NCBI GenBank assembly: GCA_016185545.1
Contig: JACPNJ010000001.1
Coordinates: 22,565 to 86,564, forward strand
Direction: 5' to 3'
DNA length: 64,000 bases
Origin: Candidatus Yanofskybacteria bacterium
GTDB lineage: Bacteria > Patescibacteriota > Minisyncoccia > 2-02-FULL-40-12 > IGHO2-01-FULL-4-A
Below the pieces are notes generated by a model. That model saw nothing but the letters and a program-made list of their open reading frames with translations. It had not been told where the DNA came from and did no database searches. Position 1 is the stretch's first letter. Every line of letters starts with the position of its first letter. Below are positions 55,418 to 64,000 of the stretch, in pieces. The position numbers were made by a program, and so were the translations under genes.

Positions 55418-55579
55418 AGCAAAGCCATAGTGCCTTTTGGGACTTCTGGGGTTGCCGCCAGCATGGTTTTGTCAATGACCGAGTTAAGCGAGTGTCTTGA
55501 CAAATGGCGGCAATCACAAAAGATGAGCCGAGCTCGCTGGAGCGAGGCGAAGTTCCCAAAAGGTACTATGGCGAAGCGA
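55418..55579. mobile_element. MITE-like repeat family C, copy 2
   Basis: Matches the reverse complement of 29815-29974. Its right TIR overlaps the last codons of cysS. Confidence 0.5.
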
Positions 55580-56963
55580 GTTTTTTGACTAGCGGGCCGT
55601 AGTTGGTATCTTCAATCTCGTAGCCGAGGTTTTTTATTTGGTCGCGGAGTTGGTCGGAGTGGATGAAGTCCTTGGCTTGGCGAATGGTTTCGCGCTCGCT
55701 TATTAGTTTTTGTATCTCCGGCGGTATTTCTTGTGATTTTTTAGGAATGATACTGAGAATTTGATCAAATTCATTTAGCATTTCCAAAGATTTTTTTGCA
55801 TCTTCACTGCTGATTTTTCTTTCATCAATCAACGGATTTACTTCTCTTACAAAATCAAACAAAGACGCAATTGCTTTGGGAGTATTAAAATCATCATCCA
55901 TTTCTTTTTCAAAATTTTCCTTTATTTTTTCAATCAATTCCAACTTAGGAGTTGAACTCCTAAGTAGAGATTTTTCAATATTTTTTAGGCGATTAGTAAA
56001 TTCGGCTAAACGATTTACTGCTGCCTCGGTTTGTCTCAGGTTTTCTTCGCTGTAATCAATAGGAGAGCGATAATAAGCCATCAGTATCATCATGCGTAAA
56101 GCTTCGGCTGGATATTTTTTTAAGGCGTCGCGTATTGTTATGAAATTGCCTAGCGACTTGGACATTTTTTGGCCACTGACGGTTAAAAATCCAGGGTGTA
56201 TCCAGTATTTGACGAATGGTTTTTTGCCGGAAATTGATTCCATTTGGGCAATTTCGGCTTCATGGTGTGGAAATATCAGATCTTGTGCGCCGCCATGCAG
56301 GTCGTATTGGAAACCGAAATGTTTTTCAGTCATAGCGGTATCTTCAATGTGCCACCCTGGACGGCCATAGCCAAGCTCGCTATTCCAACCCGGTTCCTCC
56401 AGCTTAGAAAATTTCCACAAGGCAAAATCGCCGCGATTTCTTTTTTTTATGCTTTCATCAATGCGGCTGACTGCATCTTCCGCTGATTGTGTTGTCCGTC
56501 CCGACAGTTTGCCGTAATCAGGAAATTTGACCAGGTCAAAATAATAACCGTCATCTTCGATGAGATAGGCGATACCCTTTTCAATCAGTTGTTTTACTTG
56601 GCTAACAATTTCCGGAATATATTGAGTTGCCGGAGCGTATTCCGAAACCGCAGTGATGCCGAGGGATTTCATGTCCTCGTAATATGCTTCTTTATATTCC
56701 AGCGCTAAATCAGCCGGATTAATCATTTTTTGTTTGGCCCGCTCAATAATTTTATCGTCAATGTCGGTAATGTTTTGCAGATAAAAAACTTCGTAGCCGC
56801 GATGCCGCAGATATTTGGCGACAACGTCAAAAACAACATAGGTTCTGGCATGGCCTATGTGCGAATAATCATAAACCGTTGGTCCGCAGACGAACATCCT
56901 GACTTTTGAGCCGGGTGAGAGAAATTCTTCTTTTTGGCGAGCTAGAGTATTATAGATTTGCAT
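55566..56963 (-). CDS. cysS: cysteine--tRNA ligase
   Basis: 'CGPTVYDYSHIGHAR' HIGH motif, 'KMSKSLGN' and zinc-binding Cys. Confidence 0.9.
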   Translation of the reverse strand: MQIYNTLARQKEEFLSPGSKVRMFVCGPTVYDYSHIGHARTYVVFDVVAKYLRHRGYEVFYLQNITDIDDKIIERAKQKMINPADLALEYKEAYYEDMKSLGITAVSEYAPATQYIPEIVSQVKQLIEKGIAYLIEDDGYYFDLVKFPDYGKLSGRTTQSAEDAVSRIDESIKKRNRGDFALWKFSKLEEPGWNSELGYGRPGWHIEDTAMTEKHFGFQYDLHGGAQDLIFPHHEAEIAQMESISGKKPFVKYWIHPGFLTVSGQKMSKSLGNFITIRDALKKYPAEALRMMILMAYYRSPIDYSEENLRQTEAAVNRLAEFTNRLKNIEKSLLRSSTPKLELIEKIKENFEKEMDDDFNTPKAIASLFDFVREVNPLIDERKISSEDAKKSLEMLNEFDQILSIIPKKSQEIPPEIQKLISERETIRQAKDFIHSDQLRDQIKNLGYEIEDTNYGPLVKKLASP

Positions 56964-58219
56964 TATAGTATAAAGAATATTAACACTGCAAAAAATGCCA
57001 TAATCAAGAATGTAAGGTAGCCCAGAATATTCAATGCGCGGCTGTTTATGCGTTCTCCGACCACTTTTTTATTATTTGCCATATGTATCACCATTAATAT
57101 CAAAATCGGAGCAATAATGCCATATAAGATAGAAGTAAAAAACAGGGCTTTTACGGGATGAAATCCCAAGAGCGGAATTAACAGACCGATCACCGCTGAG
57201 ACAATAATTATACCGTAAAATTGTTTGGCTTTGGTAAAACTTTTGTCCAAGCCTTCCGACCAGCCGAAAATTTCCGCAACCACATAAGCGGCTGAACCGG
57301 CCAATACCGGTATCGCCAGAAATCCGGAACTAATTATTCCGATCGTGAATAGAAGATAAGAATATTCCCCGGCAAGCGGTTTTAACGCTTCGGCGGCATC
57401 CCGCAAGGTTTCAACATTGTTAAATCCGGCCCGAAAAAGCGTGGAAGCGGTCAAGGCGATTATGAAAAAAGTTATAATATTGGAAAAAATCATGCCAAAC
57501 CGAGTATCCATTTTTAAGGTTTTTAATTCGTCATCGGTTGCCGGGCGCAGGCGGCATATTTGGCCCGGCTTGCACTGCTCAATTATTTTTTCCTCAACTT
57601 CCTGATTTGCCTGCCAAAAATACAGGTAGGGTGACAATGTTGTGCCCATAAAAGCGGTCAGGACCACAAAAAATTCTTTATTAAAAACAAAATTAGGCAC
57701 CAAAGCATGATAAAAAACTTGCAGCCAGTTTTGGTGGATAGTAAATGTAGCGAATATGTATGCAAACAAACTCAAAGCCAGCCATTTGAATATCGTGAAA
57801 ATTTTCTGATAAGACAGGAAAATCGTAACGATTAAAATAATAATCGTCATGACAACGGCGGTCATTTTTTCGGGAAAAGGAGTAATCATGGCCAGAGCCT
57901 GCGACATGCCTGACATATCAGCGCCGACGTTGATCGTATTGACCCCCACAATCAAGGCGGCTATCAAAAACATAAGCCAGCGCGGGTAAAACTTTTTCAT
58001 GTTGCCCGCCAGACCGCGATTTGAAATTCTGCCGATGCGGGCGCTCATTTCCTGAATTGCTATCATGAGAGGAAGCGAGAACAAAGCTACCCACAAGAAA
58101 CGGTAACCAAACTTAGCTCCGGCGATGGAGTAAGTGGCAATAGCCGACGGTTCGTCATCAGAAGCCCCGGTAATCAACCCCGGTCCCAGCCGGTGCCAGA
58201 ATTTTTTTAGTTTGTGCAT
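56963..58219 (-). CDS. mntH: Nramp-family divalent metal (Mn2+/Fe2+) transporter
   Basis: 'LGPGLITGASDDEPSAIATYSIAGAKFGY' Nramp signature; 11 TM helices. Start trimmed to M40 at 58219. The upstream ORF extension is GC-rich palindrome, not coding. Confidence 0.7.
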   Translation of the reverse strand: MHKLKKFWHRLGPGLITGASDDEPSAIATYSIAGAKFGYRFLWVALFSLPLMIAIQEMSARIGRISNRGLAGNMKKFYPRWLMFLIAALIVGVNTINVGADMSGMSQALAMITPFPEKMTAVVMTIIILIVTIFLSYQKIFTIFKWLALSLFAYIFATFTIHQNWLQVFYHALVPNFVFNKEFFVVLTAFMGTTLSPYLYFWQANQEVEEKIIEQCKPGQICRLRPATDDELKTLKMDTRFGMIFSNIITFFIIALTASTLFRAGFNNVETLRDAAEALKPLAGEYSYLLFTIGIISSGFLAIPVLAGSAAYVVAEIFGWSEGLDKSFTKAKQFYGIIIVSAVIGLLIPLLGFHPVKALFFTSILYGIIAPILILMVIHMANNKKVVGERINSRALNILGYLTFLIMAFFAVLIFFIL

Positions 58220-58261
58220 TCTTGAATTATAGCAATTAGATTTGTTATTACCAATTAGCAC

Positions 58262-58335
58262 TCTTGACCCCAAACAAGGCAAAGACACGCTGCGGGCCCT
58301 CGCGGCCTTGTTCGGGGCAGGCCCGAGAGTGCCCA
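58262..58335. repeat. GC-rich palindrome family D fragment (inverted copy)
   Basis: 'CGCTGCGGGCCCTCGCGGCC' is the reverse complement of 51634-51653. It shares 'CGGGGCAGGC' with the rplU-downstream copy. Confidence 0.35.
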
Positions 58336-58345
58336 TCCTTACTTA

Positions 58346-58372
58346 TTAGCACTCTACCCTTGACAGTGCTAA
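58346..58372. promoter_or_regulatory. CIRCE operator (HrcA binding site)
   Basis: TTAGCACTC-N9-CAGTGCTAA against consensus TTAGCACTC-N9-GAGTGCTAA (17/18). Directly upstream of hrcA. Confidence 0.6.
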
Positions 58373-58373
58373 T

Positions 58374-59159
58374 TTGGCGATTATAATGAGAAGTATGATT
58401 ACTCAAAGGCAGGGGATATTACTCGCGTCAATAATTGAAAATTTTATCAGGACCGCGGAACCGGTAAGCTCAAAATTGCTTGAAAAATCAGGGTTTTTTG
58501 GTTTGAGTTCGGCCACAATCAGGGCCGAGATGAATGGCCTTGAAGATTTGGGTTTTCTTGCTCACATTTATACTTCCAGCGGACGTGTGCCGACAGACAG
58601 GGCATATAGGTATTATGTGGATAACATGGTAGTAAATCAAAAATCAAAAATCAAAAATCAAAAATATCAAAACGTGATCAAGAGTGCCGTCCATGATGCA
58701 GGGACAGATCCAAGAGAAATAAATAGAATTGTGGCGCAGACATTGTCAGAGTTGTCGGACAATCTTGTTATCACCGGAATTGAGGAAGAACAGGATTTTT
58801 TCAAAGTCGGACTTTCAAGCTTATTTGAAATGCCGGAATTTCGCGAGTTTGACAGGGCTTTCCGGCTGACAAGTTTTTTTGACGAGTTTGAGTCATTGTT
58901 TAATAAAATTGAAAAAGAATTTTTTGACTTGCCTGCCGAAGCTTTAGCGAAGGAGGGTGATATAAAAATTTTTATTGGTCGTGAAAATACGGTTCCCGAT
59001 ATACGTGACGAAACTGTTATGTTTGTCAAATATAATCTTCCGCATGACCTAACCGGTTCGCTTACCCTGATCGGCCCGACCAGAATGGATTATGCGAAAA
59101 ATATCGGCCTGATTAAATACGCAACCGGAGAATTGAATAAATTAAGTAAAGAAGTATAA
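58374..59159 (+). CDS. hrcA: heat-inducible transcription repressor HrcA; start uncertain (58374/58386/58395)
   Basis: 'RQGILLASIIENFIRTAEPVSSKLL' wHTH and HrcA C-terminal domain. Contains the (AATCAAA)x4 microsatellite at 58634-58662, translated NQKSKIKNQKYQ. Confidence 0.8.
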   Translation: MAIIMRSMITQRQGILLASIIENFIRTAEPVSSKLLEKSGFFGLSSATIRAEMNGLEDLGFLAHIYTSSGRVPTDRAYRYYVDNMVVNQKSKIKNQKYQNVIKSAVHDAGTDPREINRIVAQTLSELSDNLVITGIEEEQDFFKVGLSSLFEMPEFREFDRAFRLTSFFDEFESLFNKIEKEFFDLPAEALAKEGDIKIFIGRENTVPDIRDETVMFVKYNLPHDLTGSLTLIGPTRMDYAKNIGLIKYATGELNKLSKEV

Positions 59160-59171
59160 AAAATATCATGG

Positions 59172-59248
59172 ATCCCGTTAGAAGTCTCGCTCGCCAAGTC
59201 TGACTTGGCGAGTCCGTAGGACCTTGGCGGGGCTACTTCTAACGGGAT
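59172..59248. repeat. GC-rich palindrome family D copy filling the hrcA-grpE intergenic region
   Basis: ATCCCGTTAGAAGTCTCGCTCGCCAAGTCTGACTTGGCGAG...CTTCTAACGGGAT, which shares the GCCAAGTCTGACTTGGC core with 51707-51723. Confidence 0.45.
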
Positions 59249-59711
59249 GGAAGATAAAAATCAAAATAATATAAATTCGGATAGTTCTAAACCTGATTTA
59301 TCCGAGGAGTACCTGAATAACTGGAAGCGAGAGCGGGCGGATTTTATAAATTATAAAAAGGATGAAGCGCAAAGAATGGGGGAGTTCGTTAAATTTGCCA
59401 ATGAAAGTTTAATTTTGGAATTGTTGGATATCGTGGATGATTTGTATCTGGCCGCCAAGCAGGCAAAAAACGCCGGTTTAGACCAAGTTATTAAAAAGTT
59501 TGAGGATTTCTTAAAAAAATATGGAGTTGAGAAAATTAAGGTAAGCGATCCCGTAAAGTCGCCTGATGGCGACAACGGGGCAAGCAAATTTGACCCGATG
59601 ACACAAGAAATTGTTGAGGGAGCGGATGGGGAAAAAATAGAAGAAGTCAGGGCCGGCTATATGATGCATGGGAGAATCATTAGACCGACACGCGTTAAAA
59701 TAATAAAATAA
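59247..59711 (+). CDS. grpE: nucleotide exchange factor GrpE
   Basis: '[41 protein letters not shown]' GrpE long-helix region plus beta-domain. Carries the in-frame palindromic insert at 59547-59586. Confidence 0.8.
   Translation: MEDKNQNNINSDSSKPDLSEEYLNNWKRERADFINYKKDEAQRMGEFVKFANESLILELLDIVDDLYLAAKQAKNAGLDQVIKKFEDFLKKYGVEKIKVSDPVKSPDGDNGASKFDPMTQEIVEGADGEKIEEVRAGYMMHGRIIRPTRVKIIK
59547..59586 (+). repeat. in-frame GC-rich palindromic insert (family E) in grpE, encoding [15 protein letters not shown]
   Basis: CCCGTAAAGTCGCC-TGAT-GGCGACAACGGGG dyad. Two nearly identical copies in dnaK (60208-60249, 61573-61610). Confidence 0.6.
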
Positions 59712-59889
59712 TTTGATCGGGTCTAACCGAAGCATACCTCAGGCACGCTTCGCCGCTCCAGCGGCGGCTTCGCTATTTCGTCTCGCGGATTTAATTTTTG
59801 ATGAAAGATATATTTTATCAAAAATTAACCAAGCAATCCGTTCGTCGGAATGCCTGGAGCATGCCTCTGTTAGACCCCTAAATAATACT

Positions 59890-61887
59890 ATGCCTAAAGT
59901 TTTAGGGATTGATCTGGGAACTACAAATAGCGCGATGGCGATTGTGGAAATAGGTCAGCCGAGGGTATTGGAGAATAAAGAGGGGATGAGAACTACACCT
60001 TCGGTGGTTGCCGTTGGTAAAAACGGCGAGCGTTATGTGGGTGTGACCGCCAAGCGCCAAGCTGTGACCAATCCAGCCAATACTATTTTTTCCGTAAAGC
60101 GACTTATAGGGCGCCGGTTTTCAGATACCGAAGTTCAGCATGATAAACAACTTTTGTCTTACGAAATACGCGAGGGATCAAACAATGATGTTGAAATCAA
60201 GATGGGAGACCCCGTAAAATCGCCTGGTGGCGATAACGAGACAGGCAAGTGGCATAAGCCGGCGGAGATTTCAGCGATGATTTTGCAAAAACTTAAAGCT
60301 GATGCTGAAGATAAGCTGGGTGAAAAAATTACCGATGCCATTATCACGGTGCCGGCGTATTTTGACGATTCACAGCGTAAAGCCACGAAAGACGCAGGCG
60401 AAATTGCAGGACTCAACGTTAAGCGCGTCATCAACGAGCCGACGGCGGCCGCTCTTGCCTATGGTTTCAACAAGAAAAAAGACGAAAAAATTGTAGTTTA
60501 TGACTTTGGCGGCGGGACTTTTGACGTTTCAGTGCTTGAAGTTTCCGAAGATACAATAGAGGTTAAAGGTACGGGTGGTGATACCCATTTAGGCGGCGAT
60601 GATCTTGACCAGCGAATTATCCAGTATTTGATAGACGAATTTAAAAAAGAGCAGGGCGTTGATGTGAGCAAAGACCAATTGGCTGTACAGCGGCTCAAAG
60701 ATGCGGCCGAGAAAGCCAAGCACGAACTGTCCAGCACAATGCAAACCGAAGTAAATATTCCTTTCCTGACCGCGGACGCCAGCGGCCCGAAGCACTTTTC
60801 AATGACATTTACGCGGGCCAAGCTGGAAGATTTGGTTAAGGATTATATTGATAAATCAATTGAACTGACCGGGAAAACCGTAAAAGAAGCCGGGCTTAAG
60901 CTTTCTGATATCAATGAGGTAATCTTGGTAGGCGGACAAACCAGAATGCCGGCCATAATTGAAGCGGTTAAAAAATTATTCGGCAAAGAACCGCACAAAG
61001 ATATAAATCCTGATGAAGTTGTAGCGGTTGGTGCGGCTATTCAAGGAGGTATAATGCTGGGCGATATACGCGATGTATTACTGCTTGATGTCACCCCGCT
61101 TTCGCTTGGTATTGAAACGCTTGGCGGAGTAATGACTAAAATGATAGAAAAAAACACTACCGTGCCGACCGCCAAAACCCAAACATTCTCAACTGCCGCT
61201 GACAATCAACCGTCAGTTGAGATACATGTCTTGCAAGGCGAGCGAGCGATGTCAACGGACAACAAAACGCTTGGTAAGTTTATACTTGATGGTATACCCC
61301 CGGCTCCCCGAGGTGTGCCGCAAGTTGAGGTTACTTTTGATATTGATGCCAATGGTATACTGAATGTCAAAGCTAAAGACAAGGCTACAAACAAGGAACA
61401 GTCAATCAGAATCGAGGGGTCGTCTGGCTTAACTGACGATGAAAAGAAAAAAATGACCGCTGATGCGGAGAGATTTGCCGTTGAGGATGCGAAAAAGAAA
61501 GAATTGGTAGATGCCCGCAACATGGCGGAAACGCTTGTTTATTCAACGGAAAAAGCATTGAGAGATATTGGTGACCCCGTAAAATCGCCTGACGGCGATA
61601 ACGGGGCAAGTAAAATTAGCGCTGAGGAACGCAAAAATATTGAGGATAAAGTTGCAGCATTGAAGGATGCCCAGAAAAGCGAGGATGTTGGCACGATTAA
61701 AAAAGCCACGGAAGAATTGTCCGCGGCGGCACAAAAAATAGGGGAGGTGTTGTATAAACAAGCAACTCCGAAAAGTGGCGATGCCACCTCGGGGCAAGCA
61801 GGCGAGCAAAAAACGGCCGCCGAAGGCGAGCCGCGCCCTGCTGGGCGGGAAGAGAAAAAAGATGAGGGGGAACAGAAAGCGGAGTGA
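59890..61887 (+). CDS. dnaK: molecular chaperone DnaK (Hsp70)
   Basis: '[18 protein letters not shown]', '[17 protein letters not shown]', '[13 protein letters not shown]' and the substrate-binding domain. Start trimmed to the ATG at 59890. Two in-frame 14-15-aa inserts ([15 protein letters not shown]; [15 protein letters not shown]). Confidence 0.9.
   Translation: MPKVLGIDLGTTNSAMAIVEIGQPRVLENKEGMRTTPSVVAVGKNGERYVGVTAKRQAVTNPANTIFSVKRLIGRRFSDTEVQHDKQLLSYEIREGSNNDVEIKMGDPVKSPGGDNETGKWHKPAEISAMILQKLKADAEDKLGEKITDAIITVPAYFDDSQRKATKDAGEIAGLNVKRVINEPTAAALAYGFNKKKDEKIVVYDFGGGTFDVSVLEVSEDTIEVKGTGGDTHLGGDDLDQRIIQYLIDEFKKEQGVDVSKDQLAVQRLKDAAEKAKHELSSTMQTEVNIPFLTADASGPKHFSMTFTRAKLEDLVKDYIDKSIELTGKTVKEAGLKLSDINEVILVGGQTRMPAIIEAVKKLFGKEPHKDINPDEVVAVGAAIQGGIMLGDIRDVLLLDVTPLSLGIETLGGVMTKMIEKNTTVPTAKTQTFSTAADNQPSVEIHVLQGERAMSTDNKTLGKFILDGIPPAPRGVPQVEVTFDIDANGILNVKAKDKATNKEQSIRIEGSSGLTDDEKKKMTADAERFAVEDAKKKELVDARNMAETLVYSTEKALRDIGDPVKSPDGDNGASKISAEERKNIEDKVAALKDAQKSEDVGTIKKATEELSAAAQKIGEVLYKQATPKSGDATSGQAGEQKTAAEGEPRPAGREEKKDEGEQKAE
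60208..60249 (+). repeat. in-frame palindromic insert (family E) in dnaK nucleotide-binding domain
   Basis: GACCCCGTAAAATCGCCTGGTGGCGATAACGAGACAGGCAAG; falls where E. coli DnaK has the short loop 'GQKMAPPQ'. Confidence 0.6.
61573..61610 (+). repeat. in-frame palindromic insert (family E) in dnaK C-terminal lid
   Basis: GACCCCGTAAAATCGCCTGACGGCGATAACGGGGCAAG; the encoded peptide is identical to the grpE copy. Confidence 0.6.
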
Positions 61888-61920
61888 AAGACTGAAGATA
61901 AAAAATAATTAACCATTTTT

Positions 61921-63078
61921 ATGTCGAGTATTAACGACTTTTATACAACTCTTGGAGTATCGAAGAGCGCTTCGCAGGAGGAGATAAAAAGGGCCTATCG
62001 CAAGCTGGCTCACCAGCATCATCCTGATAAGCAAGGCGGAGATGAGAAAAAGTTCAAGGAGATAAATGAGGCCTACCAGGTGCTTTCCGACCCCAAGAAA
62101 CGTTCACAATATGACCAGTTCGGTTCCGTGCCGCCTGGCGGTTTTGGTTCCCAAGGATTCGGCGGTTTCGGCGGAAGAGGATTTGATGGTTTTGATTTTT
62201 CGCAGGGATTCGGCGGATTTAGGCAGGGTCAACAGTTTGATTTTGAAGATATTTTTGACATGTTCGGCGATGTTTTCGGTGGTCAGTTCGGTAGAGCGCG
62301 TGGACGAGCCCGACAGGCACAGGAGGAATCAAGTGGTAGTGATATTAGAATCAATCTGACATTGAGTTTGCATGATGTAGCACGCGGCGCGACAAAACAA
62401 ATTGAATTATCAAAGGATATTGTCTGTCCTGAATGTGGTGGTAGCGGCGCAGAAAAGGGAAGCGGTTTAACCGATTGTTCGGTTTGCGTCGGCAAGGGCG
62501 AGGTTAGAGAAACCACGACATCATTTTTTGGCAATATAACCAGAGTTTCTACTTGCAATATTTGTCGGGGTAGCGGCAAGGTGCCAAAAAATAACTGCCA
62601 TGCTTGCAAGGGCGAGGGCAAGAAGCGCGAAAAGAAAACCATTGAGTTTGATATTCCCGCCGGCATAAATGACGGCGAGGCGTTTATAATCAAGGGTGAG
62701 GGTCAGGCCGGTTTTCGTGGTAAAAGACCCGGTAATCTTTATATTCAGGTCAGCGTTGAGCCGGATAAAAGATTTAAGCGTGTCGGTAATGACATAATCT
62801 ATGAAATGCCGGTTAAAATGACTGATGCAATTCTCGGGGCGCGCTTGCCGGTATTGACGTTGGATGGAGAAAAAGAAATTGATATTCCGGCTGGCGTCCA
62901 AAATGGCGAGCAGTTGCGCCTCAAAGGTCTGGGCGTGCACACGTCCTCCGCCGGGGGCTTTGGAGTGCGCAGTGGGCAGCATAAAGGCGACCAGATAGTT
63001 AAAATTAAAATTGAAACCCCGCAGAAATTAAACAGTAAAGCCAAAAAACTTGTTGAGGAATTGGCGGGGGAGGTTTAG
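61921..63078 (+). CDS. dnaJ: molecular chaperone DnaJ
   Basis: J-domain '[32 protein letters not shown]', G/F region and four CxxCxGxG zinc repeats. Confidence 0.85.
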   Translation: MSSINDFYTTLGVSKSASQEEIKRAYRKLAHQHHPDKQGGDEKKFKEINEAYQVLSDPKKRSQYDQFGSVPPGGFGSQGFGGFGGRGFDGFDFSQGFGGFRQGQQFDFEDIFDMFGDVFGGQFGRARGRARQAQEESSGSDIRINLTLSLHDVARGATKQIELSKDIVCPECGGSGAEKGSGLTDCSVCVGKGEVRETTTSFFGNITRVSTCNICRGSGKVPKNNCHACKGEGKKREKKTIEFDIPAGINDGEAFIIKGEGQAGFRGKRPGNLYIQVSVEPDKRFKRVGNDIIYEMPVKMTDAILGARLPVLTLDGEKEIDIPAGVQNGEQLRLKGLGVHTSSAGGFGVRSGQHKGDQIVKIKIETPQKLNSKAKKLVEELAGEV

Positions 63079-63160
63079 GGTAGCTACCATATAAAATCTA
63101 TGGTAGTCTTGGTCTATTGATTTTTAATAATTCAACCTAGGCTACAAAGGAGAAAATAAT

Positions 63161-63688
63161 ATGGGTTATTATATACATATACCGCTTCCGGAAAAGCTAA
63201 GGGATGAAATTTCAGAAATTGAACGTACCTTCCAGGGGGATAGCGGATCGGAGCCGCATATTACGCTTATACCGCCTAGAGAACTTATTGGCGGTAAATC
63301 CGAGCAAGAACTTATTGATGCGGTCCACCTAGCAACACAAAGATTAACTCCCTTTGCTCTTATACAAAAGGGTGTCGGGTTCTTTGGGAATAAAGAAACC
63401 ATCTATGTTCGCATAAGTAGGACCTATAAACTCGTATCTTTCCATCAAGCCCTTGCTGAAGCTATTTCCGGCATATTAGAACCGCTTGATGGCCCTTTTG
63501 ATAATCTTCCTACGCCGCATATTACTCTTTCTACTAGGTTATCACCGGAATACGGGCAAAAAGCTTGGGAGGTACTGAGAAATAGGAATTTCCTGGGGCA
63601 GTTTATGTGTAAGCGGCTTACTTTATTGCAAAAAGACCGGGGTGATAAACATTGGAAAGTTTTGTGGCATTTTGACCTAAACGGCTAA
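63161..63688 (+). CDS. 2H-phosphoesterase family protein (RNA 2',3'-cyclic phosphodiesterase / LigT-like)
   Basis: Two H-x-T-x motifs: 'PHITLIPP' and 'PHITLSTR'; about 175 aa. Confidence 0.6.
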   Translation: MGYYIHIPLPEKLRDEISEIERTFQGDSGSEPHITLIPPRELIGGKSEQELIDAVHLATQRLTPFALIQKGVGFFGNKETIYVRISRTYKLVSFHQALAEAISGILEPLDGPFDNLPTPHITLSTRLSPEYGQKAWEVLRNRNFLGQFMCKRLTLLQKDRGDKHWKVLWHFDLNG

Positions 63689-63767
63689 GCCGTTTTTATT
63701 TTGACTTTCAAATAAAGCATGTTATCTTTGTTTAGGTTCGTCTAACCTTAAAACATGGAGACTAAGC

Positions 63768-63959
63768 ATGAAAAACAAGACCTATGCCGTGATGAGCGTC
63801 TCAGTAACAGTCAATGAACGAAGAGTAGGAGGATTTGACGCAAAAAACGACAGTGAAGCCAAAAAGAAGTTTAAAAAATGGTGGCCGAGTGGAAAGGGTT
63901 TTTTAAGGTATAGACTCTATCGGTTAATTGATTCGGTGCAGGGTGCAGTAAGAAAATAA
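63768..63959 (+). CDS. small basic hypothetical protein
   Basis: 63-aa Lys/Arg-rich ORF with a plausible upstream GGAG; no recognisable family. Confidence 0.25.
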   Translation: MKNKTYAVMSVSVTVNERRVGGFDAKNDSEAKKKFKKWWPSGKGFLRYRLYRLIDSVQGAVRK

Positions 63960-64000
63960 AGAAATTGCAGTCATTATTTATCACCCCTCCTTTTTTGGAG

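Noticed and set aside
58220-58336. N-terminal 39-aa extension of the Nramp ORF
   Set aside because: Encoded by the GC-rich palindrome fragment. The Nramp homology begins at the M at 58219.
22665-59250. Possibility that the many repeats constitute a CRISPR array
   Set aside because: Copies are dispersed tens of kb apart, differ in length (21-300 bp) and are not interleaved with regular spacers. No cas genes in the window.
60159-62982. Minus-strand ORFs inside dnaK and dnaJ (60159..60434, 60498..60821, 61206..61916, 62283..62982)
   Set aside because: Shadow ORFs within highly conserved chaperone genes.

Overview
This 64-kb window is an AT-rich (about 40% GC) bacterial chromosome segment. Its gene content looks like a reduced, CPR/Patescibacteria-like genome: short EF-Ts and RF1, weak Shine-Dalgarno sites, standard code with TGA used as a stop. 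Housekeeping genes dominate. They include class II RNR nrdJ, copA, uppP/uppS, tgt, ribosomal proteins L25/L31/S2/L33/L10/L7-L12/L21, tsf and prfA. They also include a dcw block (mraZ-rsmH-ftsL-ftsI-murF), recR, dnaB, cysS, mntH and the hrcA-grpE-dnaK-dnaJ operon with a CIRCE operator. Seven tRNAs are present (Thr-TGT, Tyr-GTA, Thr-GGT, Trp-CCA, Val-CAC, Glu-CTC). An accessory metabolic cluster lies at 1.2-8.1 kb: a fused HAD-ECH beta-oxidation-like enzyme, an epimerase, an aldehyde dehydrogenase and a TIM-barrel isomerase. The unusual content is the density of palindromic repeat families. (1) A RAYT/IS200-like HuH transposase whose 21-bp REP palindrome occurs five times, twice in frame inside the transposase ORF. 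(2) A roughly 33-bp GC-rich palindrome inserted in frame once in grpE and twice in dnaK, each encoding [15 protein letters not shown]; it belongs to a wider family of CCCGTTAGA...TCTAACGGG GC-rich palindromes. (3) At least three MITE-like families with terminal inverted repeats, each in two copies; one has a central hairpin with compensatory changes. (4) GC-rich inserts of about 130 bp after tRNA-Tyr and tRNA-Glu, each ending in a direct repeat of the tRNA 3' end. (5) CGCCAAT heptamer arrays inserted in frame in mltG and rplJ. Between tRNA-Trp and rplJ the usual rpmG-secE-nusG synteny is replaced by an island. It holds a truncated dCMP-deaminase fragment, a Qng1/DUF2419-like queuosine-salvage candidate, two adjacent wHTH/phosphoesterase-like hypothetical proteins behind a duplicated 31-nt promoter module, and an excisionase-type HTH gene. 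No CRISPR array and no rRNA were found.
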